Origin: Propionibacterium ruminifibrarum
Lineage (GTDB): Bacteria > Actinomycetota > Actinomycetes > Propionibacteriales > Propionibacteriaceae
Direction of reading: 5' to 3'
DNA length: 32,000 bases
NCBI RefSeq assembly: GCF_900289195.1
Contig: NZ_OMOH01000001.1
Span: 90,001 to 122,000, forward strand
Part shown: in pieces, positions 12,602 through 19,749 of the stretch
Position numbering within the stretch: position 1 is the stretch's first letter
How the letters are laid out: every line of letters starts with the position of its first letter
The notes under the pieces: generated by a model
Seen by the model: the letters and a program-made list of their open reading frames with translations, nothing else
Told to the model about the DNA's origin: nothing
The model's database searches: none
Made by a program: the position numbers and the translations under genes

Positions 12602-13407
12602 CCGGGTCGTTCAGCGCTCGCCTGGGTGCCGTGACGGCCGAACGGGGGCGCCTGTGCGTCGGCCTCGACCCGCACGAACAGCTCGTCGCCGACTGGGGGC
12701 TGGCCTACGACGCATCGGGAATCGAACGGATGGCCCGCGAGACCGTCGCGGCCCTCGCGGACCAGGTGGCAGTCTTCAAACCGCAGAGCGCCTTCTTCGA
12801 GGTCTTCGGCCCCGCCGGTGTCGCGGCCCTGCAGCGCGTCCTGGCGGACATCGCCCAGACCGGTGCGCTCTCGATCCTCGACGTCAAACGCGGCGACATC
12901 GGCTCGACCATGGGCGCCTACGCCCGTGCCCATCTGTCCGAGGGCGCACCAATGGCCGCCGATGCGATCACCGTCAGCCCCTACCTCGGTTTCGAGGCGC
13001 TGCGGCCCGCCATCGATCTGGCGCACGAGAGCGGCCGGGGCCTGTTCGTCCTGTGTCGGACGAGCAATCCGGAGGGCGCCGCCGTCCAGCTCGCCACGTC
13101 AGCCGGACGCACCATCGCTCAACAGGTGCTCGACGCCGCCCAGGCCGAGAACACCGCGACCGGGCTCGACGACGTGGGCCTGGTCATCGGCGCCACCCAC
13201 GAGGACGCAGGTGTCGACCTGACCGGTTTCACCGGCTGGGTCCTGGCACCGGGTATCGGCGCCCAGGGCGGCACCGTGGAGGGTCTGGCCGCCATTTTCG
13301 GCGACGCCGTCGGCCGTGTCCTGCCCAGCACATCCCGCGGCGTCCTGCGAGCCGGCCCGGACGCCTCGGCGCTCCGTGAGGCGGCGGCCGCCACGGTCCT
13401 ACGCTGA
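12598..13407 (+). CDS. pyrF: orotidine 5'-phosphate decarboxylase (long, type 2 form)
   Basis: ATG 12598 overlaps the pyrD stop (ATGA). The product has LCVGLDPH, FKPQSAFFE and DVKRGDIGSTM motifs. The track start at 12574 (GTG) is possible but less likely. Confidence 0.9.
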   Translation: MTGSFSARLGAVTAERGRLCVGLDPHEQLVADWGLAYDASGIERMARETVAALADQVAVFKPQSAFFEVFGPAGVAALQRVLADIAQTGALSILDVKRGDIGSTMGAYARAHLSEGAPMAADAITVSPYLGFEALRPAIDLAHESGRGLFVLCRTSNPEGAAVQLATSAGRTIAQQVLDAAQAENTATGLDDVGLVIGATHEDAGVDLTGFTGWVLAPGIGAQGGTVEGLAAIFGDAVGRVLPSTSRGVLRAGPDASALREAAAATVLR

Positions 13408-14124
13408 GCCCTCGGGTTCGGCCTGCGCCGGTCCGGGCTGCTTCAACCGTTCGGCCAGCGCTGCCAAGGACTCGTCGGGGACGAACTCGGGGAGCTCCTC
13501 GTGAGCGATGAGCCGGGCCTCCTCGTCGGCGAGGCCGAGCAGGCGCAGGGCCCCGACCGCCAGGGCGTCGATCTGGGCGCCCATGTCCTCGTCGGATTCG
13601 GACAGGAGATAGGAGACCACTCCCAGCAGCGCACCGCCGATCGCCGAATAGGCGACGTCGGCGTTCGGAAGGCTGAACCGGCCCGCTCTGATTCCCCTCT
13701 CGATGAGGTCCACCGAGGCCTGGTGGAGCGAGCCGCCGAACTGCAGCGTCGCCACGCCGGACTGGGTGACGAGCGAGGCGAACCCAGGAGCGATCTGCGC
13801 GACGCGGCCGATGATGCGGAAACCGATCGAGACCGCCCGGGCCGTGTCGGCGACGTCCTCGATCAGCCTGCCGAGACTCAGACTGAAACCATCCATCGCC
13901 TCGGCGAAGGCCTCCGAGAACAACTGCTCCTTCGTCGCGAAGTGGTTGTAGAACGAGCCGAAGCCGACGTCCGCGCGTTCCGTGATCGTTGCGATCGAGA
14001 CGTCGGTGCGGCCTTCGGCGATCAGCTGCTGGGCGGCCTGGATGAGGGCGGCGCGAGTCGCCGCCCTGCGTCGGCCGTGGCGGCCCACGCGGCCGACGCC
14101 CTCGGCTGCCCTGGCGATGTTCAT
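13399..14124 (-). CDS. TetR/AcrR-family transcriptional regulator, last gene of the MMPL operon
   Basis: The N-terminal HTH region reads AATRAALIQAAQQLIAEGRTDVSIATITERADVGFGSFYNHFATKEQLF. ATG 14124 shares one base with the upstream gene's TGA, and ATG 14133 is an alternative. The 430-aa track ORF is an upstream extension running through the neighbouring gene. Confidence 0.85.
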   Translation of the reverse strand: MNIARAAEGVGRVGRHGRRRAATRAALIQAAQQLIAEGRTDVSIATITERADVGFGSFYNHFATKEQLFSEAFAEAMDGFSLSLGRLIEDVADTARAVSIGFRIIGRVAQIAPGFASLVTQSGVATLQFGGSLHQASVDLIERGIRAGRFSLPNADVAYSAIGGALLGVVSYLLSESDEDMGAQIDALAVGALRLLGLADEEARLIAHEELPEFVPDESLAALAERLKQPGPAQAEPEGSA

Positions 14125-16367
14125 CACACCCATTGTCCCGCACCACCGTTCCGGGCGGTGAACCGGTCCGGTAGAAGAGTCGTCGTGCGGGCCCTGCCGG
14201 TCAACGCGATGAGCACGACCAGCGCCGCGGCCCACCATGCGATCAGTGCGGCCAGTGCCGAGACCAGCCCCGCGCTCGTGGGTACCGCCATGACCCGGAT
14301 GAGAGCCACTGCGGGGTCGGTCGGCAGGAACGATGCGACCGACTGGAGCCAGGCCGGCTGCGCCGACCAGACCCCACCGACGACGGCCAGGACGAGTACG
14401 GCCAGCGCCACGACGCGGCCGCCGATGCGGTGGATCGAACCGAGGGCCTGGTTGATCGCGAGGAAGACGAGTTCGATGAGGAAGGCCGCCGCCAGAACCG
14501 TGAAGAAGGCTCCTGCCCCGGGACGCAGCGCGACCGTCGCGATGGTGCTGACGACCAGGGCGCACCCCGCCGAGAACAGCAACGTCGGTCCGAGCGAGCG
14601 CAGTGCCAGCTGCCAGGTGGGCAGATTCGACGCGAAGGCGGTCCGGGTGATCGCCGGGCTGTTCACGCTGAACGCGATGGCTGCCACCCACAGGGCGAGG
14701 ACGCCGAACAGGGCGACGGCCGAACGGGCGTAGGAGCCCAGGCCGCTGGTCGCGGAGACCAGGGGAGTGGTGACGACCTGGGAGATCTGGTCACGCTGGT
14801 CAGCGGTGTAGCTCGGTACCTGGCCGGCTGCGCTGCGCAGGCCGCTCGCGAGGGTGCCCGAACCATCCTTGAGACGGGTCGTGCCCTCGTGCAGGGTCGT
14901 GGCGCCATCGGCCAGGTCGTGCGCCCCGTCGGCGGCCGACTCGGTGCCGGTGACGAGTTGGTCGGCGCCGCTCGATGCCGAGGCGATCGCCTCGGTGAGC
15001 GTCGGGGCCGACGAGGCCAGGGAACCCGTGGCGCTGGACAGGTCGTCCGCACCGGAGGCCACCTGCTGGGCCCCGGACCGCAGGTTGGTCGCCCCGGTGG
15101 CCAGGTCGTTCGCTCCGGTCGCGGCCTCGTGGGCGCCAGTGGCGAGTGAGGCCGCACCGTCGGAGATCTGACCGGCCCCGGCGGCCGCCGCGCCGATGCC
15201 AGCCGACAGGTCGGCGGCGTTGTCGTTGAGTGTCGATGCCCCGGCGGCGACCTGGGAGGCGCCCTGCTGGAGCGCACCCAGCTGCGTGCTCAACTCACCC
15301 AGACCGGCAGAGGCCGCCTGGCAGGCCTCGGCGCTCTGCGCGCAGGCGCCGGACAGCTGTTGGAGCTGGGTCGCCAGGGCGTCGACACCGGCGCTCACGC
15401 TGTTCGCACCATCGGCGAGCGCCTGGGTCCGAGTGGGCAGGTCGGCGGTCTGCGACTGGGCGTTCGCCAGGGCGTCGGACAGTTGCGAGGCGCTGGCGGA
15501 CAGCGTGTCCGCGCCGTCGCCGATCGTCTGGGTGGCTCCGGCCAGCTGGGTGGCGCCGTCGGCGACGCTCGTCGTGCCGTCGGACACCTGGTGCGCGCCG
15601 GTGGCGAGCTGGGTGGCGCCGTCGGCGAGTGCCTGGGTCTGGGTTGGCAGGTCGGCGGTCTGGGTCTTCAACTCGGACAGCCCCGCGGCGAGGCTGCGCT
15701 GGCCCGATGCCAGCGTGTCCGTTCCGGTGGCGAGGGTGTCCGCACCGGTGGCCAGCTGGGCCGCGCCGTCATCGGCGGTCCCGATCGACTCGGCGAGGGT
15801 GTCGGCGCCGTCGGAGGCTGTCGCCAGGTTGTCGTGCAGGGTTCCCATGCTCGTCAGAACGGTGTCGACGTAGGTCTGGGTGATCTGCTGGCCCAGTGAG
15901 CGTTCGGCGGCCTCGGCGAGGGCGGTGCCGACCCGGGCGTCGAGCAGCGGGGAGTCCTCGGCCGTGGTGATCGTCACCGAGGCCTGGCTGGCGGCACCGG
16001 CATCATCGCCCGCGACCGAGGTGGCCTTGGCCGAGAAGTCCGAAGGAATCTCGACGGCCACCGTGTACTCGCCGTTCCTCAGCCCATCGGCGGCGTCACC
16101 GGCCGTGGTGAGCACCCAGTCGTAGTCGTCGTTGTTCGAGTTGACGAGTTCCTTGACCAGCTGGCGCCCCATCGGACGGGTCTGCCCGTCGATCGTGACC
16201 GGTGTGTCGTCGTTGACGACCGCGGCCCGCACCTGGCCCATCTCGGAGTCGGGGTCGTGGAAGGCGAGTACGAGCAGACCCATGAGCAGGGCCGGCACGC
16301 ACAGCATCGCCGCCCAGGTGCGCCAGGAGGTGCGTCCGCGCAGATGTCCGATCGTTCGTTCCCTCAT
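14124..16367 (-). CDS. YhgE/Pip-family membrane protein (N-terminal TM, long LxxG heptad-repeat ectodomain, C-terminal ABC-2-like multi-TM domain)
   Basis: The 747-aa protein has an N-terminal TM followed by the AAVVNDD motif. About 340 aa of A/T/G/S/D/L-rich repeats of the xxxLxxG type follow. The C-terminus has 5-6 hydrophobic segments. Its ATG overlaps the MMPL TGA (ATGA at 16364-16367). Confidence 0.8.
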   Translation of the reverse strand: MRERTIGHLRGRTSWRTWAAMLCVPALLMGLLVLAFHDPDSEMGQVRAAVVNDDTPVTIDGQTRPMGRQLVKELVNSNNDDYDWVLTTAGDAADGLRNGEYTVAVEIPSDFSAKATSVAGDDAGAASQASVTITTAEDSPLLDARVGTALAEAAERSLGQQITQTYVDTVLTSMGTLHDNLATASDGADTLAESIGTADDGAAQLATGADTLATGTDTLASGQRSLAAGLSELKTQTADLPTQTQALADGATQLATGAHQVSDGTTSVADGATQLAGATQTIGDGADTLSASASQLSDALANAQSQTADLPTRTQALADGANSVSAGVDALATQLQQLSGACAQSAEACQAASAGLGELSTQLGALQQGASQVAAGASTLNDNAADLSAGIGAAAAGAGQISDGAASLATGAHEAATGANDLATGATNLRSGAQQVASGADDLSSATGSLASSAPTLTEAIASASSGADQLVTGTESAADGAHDLADGATTLHEGTTRLKDGSGTLASGLRSAAGQVPSYTADQRDQISQVVTTPLVSATSGLGSYARSAVALFGVLALWVAAIAFSVNSPAITRTAFASNLPTWQLALRSLGPTLLFSAGCALVVSTIATVALRPGAGAFFTVLAAAFLIELVFLAINQALGSIHRIGGRVVALAVLVLAVVGGVWSAQPAWLQSVASFLPTDPAVALIRVMAVPTSAGLVSALAALIAWWAAALVVLIALTGRARTTTLLPDRFTARNGGAGQWV
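15409..15662 (-). repeat. in-frame internal duplication inside the YhgE/Pip repeat region (two 44-bp copies, 210 bp apart)
   Basis: By eye, 15409-15452 and 15619-15662 match at 39 of 44 positions. They encode QTADLPT(Q/R)TQALADG at aa 236-250 and 306-320. Confidence 0.8.
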
Positions 16368-19126
16368 CGGGAGGCCTCCTCGAGAATGGTGCTGAGCGGG
16401 GCGGACGGTTCGTCCGTCCCCTGGTGATGGCCCGCGCCGAGTCGCGCCGGGACGGGCGGGGTCATCGGGATCGCGACGGGCGCGATGCCGCCGGGCAGGA
16501 CGTGGGCCACGGCGCCGGGGTTCGTGCCCGTCAGCAGGACGCAGGTTCCGCTCGCCGCCAGCTCGCCGATGAGATCCTTGACCTCGGCCGTGCGGTTCGC
16601 ACCGATGACGGCGTCCGCGTCGTCGACCGCGGCCAGTACCGCATGGCGGTGCAGGCCCTCGGCGAGGACGGCGATGACGTCCCCGCGGCCCGAGGTGAGC
16701 ACGCTGCGGGCGCGGACGGCGGCGTTGCGCTCGGGCAGCAGGTAGCCGGCGACGCGGGCGTCACCGTCGAAGCCGGTCAGGCGGCCCGTGAGCCCGAGCA
16801 GCAGCTCGGACTTGCCCGAGCCCTCCGGCCCGGTGAGGACGACCACCTGACCGGGGTACAGGTCGAGGTCGATCGGACGGGTGAGTGCCCTGCCGTCGCG
16901 GTCGCGGACGGTCATCCCTCGCGCGGCCACGGCCTCGCTGCTGTCGGCCGGCCAGCCCTCGAGCGAGAGCTGCCGGGACAGTGCGGCGCCCTCGACGTCG
17001 AAGTGGGGGAGCACCCTGGCAAGCCGCTCGGGCATCGACCAGGCGCGGTGGCCGAGCAGCTTGAGAACGGCGGGCACCAGGGTCATGCGCACGCAGAAGG
17101 CGTCGACGAAGACCCCCACCGTCAGGGCCGTGGCGATCGGCTTGATGATGCCGGAGCTGCCCTCGGGAATGAACATGGCGAAGACGCTCAGCATGATGAG
17201 GGCGGCGGTGGTGACCACCGGGGCCGCCTTGCAGAAGCCCTCGTGGATGGCCTGCACGGGGTCACCGCTGTGCGCGTACTCCTCGGCGGTGCGCGAGACG
17301 AGGAAGACCTCGTAGTCCATGGCCAGGCCGAACAGGACGCCCATGACGATGATCGGCAGGAAGCAGATCAGCGAGCCCGTGAAGTCGGCGCCGAGCAGCC
17401 CGGCCAGGTGCCCGTCGACGAAGATGCTCGTCGTCACGCCGAAGGACGCCAGGATCGACAGCAGGTAGCCGACGGTCGCCTTGATCGGCACCGCGACCGA
17501 GCCGAAGACCATGACGAGCAGGACCAGTGACAGGCCCACGACGAAGACGCCGTAGGGCAGCAGGGCGCGTGTCAGTTTCGCCGAGACGTCGACGGCGACG
17601 GCGGTGATGCCGGTCACCGCGAAGTCCCGGAAGTCGTACTTCTCGGCCATGGCCGGCCCTTGGGCGCGCAGCGCCTGCACGAGGTCGGCCGTCGCCGCCG
17701 AGTCGGGGGAGCCTGTGGGGATGACCTGGACGATGCCATAGGTGCCGGCCTCGTTCGGGGTGTCCATGGCGATGCGGGCGACCCCGTCGATCGTGGCCAG
17801 GTCGTCGCCGAGATCGGTCATGCCCTGGACGGGGTCGGTGCTGTCGAGGACGTTCACCACGACGATGAGCGGGCCGTTGTAGCCGGGCCCGAACTTCTCG
17901 CTGATCGTGTCGTAGGTGGTGCGCACCTCGCTGCCCGGCTTGGCGGCGCTCTCCATCGGCAGCGACAGTCGCAGGCCCCTGGCCGGCAGCGCGAGAACGG
18001 TCACGGCGGCGACGACGAGGACGATGGTGATGAGCGGACGCGCCGTGACGAGCCTCACCCAGTGGCCGAAGAAGGAGTCGCTGCCGTCGCGACGGCGCCG
18101 CGTCCGCGGTGTGATCCGGGCTCCGAAGAACCCCAGGGTGGCCGGGAGCAGCGTCGTGGCCACGCACACCGCCGTGCCGACGCCGAACGCCGAGGCGACG
18201 CCCATGATCGTCAGGAAGGGGATGCGTGCCACGAACAGGCCCACCAGCGCGATGATCACGGTCACCCCGGCGAAGACCACCGCCGTGCCGGCCGTCGCGA
18301 TGGAGCGGGCCGCCGCCTCCTCCGGTTCGAGCCGCTGGGCGAGGTTGTCTCGGTAGCGGGAGATGATGAACAGCGAGTAGTCGATGCCGACCGCCAGTCC
18401 GATCATCACCGACAACAGCACGGTGGTGCTCATGATGGTCATGAACCCGGTGGCGGCGTAGACGAGGGACTCGGTGACCGCCACGCCGACCAGTGCCATG
18501 ACGATCGGCACGAAGGCGGCCAGGACATTGCGCAGGAAGATGGTGAGGAAGATCAGGGCCAGGACGACGCCGATGGCCTCGACCACGGAGATGGTCGGGA
18601 TCACGTTGTCGAAAGCGGTACCCCCGACGTCCACCTGGGCGCCGGCGCCGAGCCTGGACTGCAGGTCGGCGGCCGACTGCCGGACCGCGTCCAGCGTCGC
18701 AGGCGTGATGGTGTTGCGCTGCCCGTCGAACTGGATGGTGATGATCGCCGCCGTGTCATCGGCGGAGATGGCGCCGTTCACGAGCGGGGAGAACGGTGAG
18801 GCGACCGTCGCCACCTGGTCGAGCGCGTCGATCTCGTCGACGGCTTCACCGATCGCGTCTTGTACCGGCTGCGAACGCACCGAGACCCGGTCGGGTACGA
18901 CCACCACGATCTTCCCGGAGGCCCCCGAGACCTGCGGGAAGACCCGGTCCAGCGTGTCCAGCGCGCTCTGCGAGGACGCGCCGGGGATGCGCACCGTGTC
19001 GTCCGTGCCCTTCGACAGTGCGCCCATGAGGGCGAACCCGGTGACGAGGATCAGCAGCCAGACGAGGACGACGGCCCTGCGTCGTCTGAAGGCGGCACGG
19101 CCGAGGCGGTACAGGCGGGAGGACAT
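16364..19126 (-). CDS. MMPL-family (RND superfamily) transporter with an extra C-terminal P-loop / ABC-ATPase-like domain
   Basis: The 920-aa protein has two six-TM bundles, each preceded by an extracytoplasmic domain. A typical MMPL end (LGHRAWSMPERLARVLPHFDVEG) is followed by 207 further aa containing GPEGSGKS (16808-16831). GAGGGG lies 8 nt upstream of ATG 19126. Confidence 0.85.
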   Translation of the reverse strand: MSSRLYRLGRAAFRRRRAVVLVWLLILVTGFALMGALSKGTDDTVRIPGASSQSALDTLDRVFPQVSGASGKIVVVVPDRVSVRSQPVQDAIGEAVDEIDALDQVATVASPFSPLVNGAISADDTAAIITIQFDGQRNTITPATLDAVRQSAADLQSRLGAGAQVDVGGTAFDNVIPTISVVEAIGVVLALIFLTIFLRNVLAAFVPIVMALVGVAVTESLVYAATGFMTIMSTTVLLSVMIGLAVGIDYSLFIISRYRDNLAQRLEPEEAAARSIATAGTAVVFAGVTVIIALVGLFVARIPFLTIMGVASAFGVGTAVCVATTLLPATLGFFGARITPRTRRRRDGSDSFFGHWVRLVTARPLITIVLVVAAVTVLALPARGLRLSLPMESAAKPGSEVRTTYDTISEKFGPGYNGPLIVVVNVLDSTDPVQGMTDLGDDLATIDGVARIAMDTPNEAGTYGIVQVIPTGSPDSAATADLVQALRAQGPAMAEKYDFRDFAVTGITAVAVDVSAKLTRALLPYGVFVVGLSLVLLVMVFGSVAVPIKATVGYLLSILASFGVTTSIFVDGHLAGLLGADFTGSLICFLPIIVMGVLFGLAMDYEVFLVSRTAEEYAHSGDPVQAIHEGFCKAAPVVTTAALIMLSVFAMFIPEGSSGIIKPIATALTVGVFVDAFCVRMTLVPAVLKLLGHRAWSMPERLARVLPHFDVEGAALSRQLSLEGWPADSSEAVAARGMTVRDRDGRALTRPIDLDLYPGQVVVLTGPEGSGKSELLLGLTGRLTGFDGDARVAGYLLPERNAAVRARSVLTSGRGDVIAVLAEGLHRHAVLAAVDDADAVIGANRTAEVKDLIGELAASGTCVLLTGTNPGAVAHVLPGGIAPVAIPMTPPVPARLGAGHHQGTDEPSAPLSTILEEASR

Positions 19127-19160
19127 GACGTGAACCCCTCAAGGATGATGACAATATCGA

Positions 19161-19180
19161 AACTGATGAAACCATCATTT
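19161..19180. promoter_or_regulatory. candidate TetR operator: imperfect 20-bp palindrome AACTGATGAA/ACCATCATTT
   Basis: The two halves match at 7 of 10 positions when compared as an inverted repeat. The site lies 35-54 nt upstream of the MMPL ATG and overlaps the predicted -10 element. Further TGATGA-like copies are at 19146-19151, 19238-19243 (5 of 6) and 19255-19260 (inverted). Confidence 0.3.
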
Positions 19181-19202
19181 ATGCTCAAGTGCTCAGAGTC
19201 AA
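19174..19202 (-). promoter_or_regulatory. putative sigma70-type promoter of the MMPL operon
   Basis: On the minus strand there is TTGACT (19202-19197), a 17-nt spacer, then AATGAT (19179-19174). This is in the only markedly AT-richer stretch upstream of the operon. It is a sequence-pattern prediction only. Confidence 0.3.
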
Positions 19203-19245
19203 CTCCGGACTGTGCGTGTCCTGGGGCGGGACTGCTGGGATGAGC

Positions 19246-19288
19246 CTCAGGGGATCATCAGGAATGACCCTGAGAGCGGCGCTCAGGG
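19246..19288 (+). repeat. three copies of one heptamer: CTCAGGG (19246-19252), inverted CCCTGAG (19268-19274), CTCAGGG (19282-19288)
   Basis: Read directly from the sequence. The middle copy can pair with either flanking copy, giving 7-bp stems with loops of 15 or 7 nt. The function is unknown. Confidence 0.5.
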
Positions 19289-19434
19289 GTCGCGGAGGCC
19301 CGTTTTCATGAGAAATAGCCCAGAAATTGGCGAATAACTAGGCATGAAAGGGCGGGAACGGGCCGATTGGCGGTACCTTGTTCCCAAGGCCGGACAACAG
19401 GGTCACCGGCATGTCTTGATTGGGGAGAGGATCC

Positions 19435-19746
19435 ATGGCTATTCCGACTCTTTCACCTGAACAGCTCCAATCCGCCCGTTCGGCTGCGACGAAGGCCCGC
19501 CGTGCCCGCGCGGACTTCAAGGACAAGGTGCGCAGGGGTGAGCTGACCCTGAGTCAGGCGCTCGACGAGGCCGCCAAGGACGACGTGCTCGCGCACGTCA
19601 AGGTCGTCGACCTGCTCAAGGCACTTCCGCGCGTCGGCGAGAAGCGTGCCGCCGCCATCATGGAACGCTTCGACATCGCACCCAACCGTCGTCTGCGCGG
19701 TCTGGGACGCCACCAGGTGGCAGGGCTCAAGAAGGAGTTCCACTGA
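19435..19746 (+). CDS. mihF: actinobacterial integration host factor mIHF
   Basis: MAIPTLSPEQLQSARSAATKARRARADFKDKVRRGELTL...LLKALPRVGEKRAAAIMERFDIAPNRRLRGLG is the typical mIHF sequence. GGGGAGAGG lies upstream of ATG 19435. The gene precedes gmk-rpoZ, as in other actinobacteria. Confidence 0.9.
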   Translation: MAIPTLSPEQLQSARSAATKARRARADFKDKVRRGELTLSQALDEAAKDDVLAHVKVVDLLKALPRVGEKRAAAIMERFDIAPNRRLRGLGRHQVAGLKKEFH

Positions 19747-19749
19747 CTC

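Noticed and set aside
13399-14691. 430-aa version of the TetR ORF, and other track ORFs with long upstream extensions (2030, 3219, 5722, 20934, 24298, 25146)
   Set aside because: The conserved protein N-termini, the RBS-like sequences and the stop/start overlaps all point to the internal starts given in the feature list. The extensions are Arg/Pro-rich read-through of neighbouring genes or spacers.
14700-15900. Highly repetitive DNA that could be mistaken for a CRISPR or tandem-repeat locus
   Set aside because: The periodicity is a coding heptad (xxxLxxG) inside one long open frame of a YhgE/Pip protein. It has no repeat-spacer architecture.
19145-19243. 32-codon + strand ORF (MMTISKLMKPSFMLKCSESTPDCACPGAGLLG) in the MMPL-mihF spacer, containing three cysteines
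   Set aside because: Its third codon positions are AT-rich, unlike every real gene here. No properly spaced RBS is present. It overlaps the predicted promoter and operator, so it is more likely non-coding regulatory DNA.
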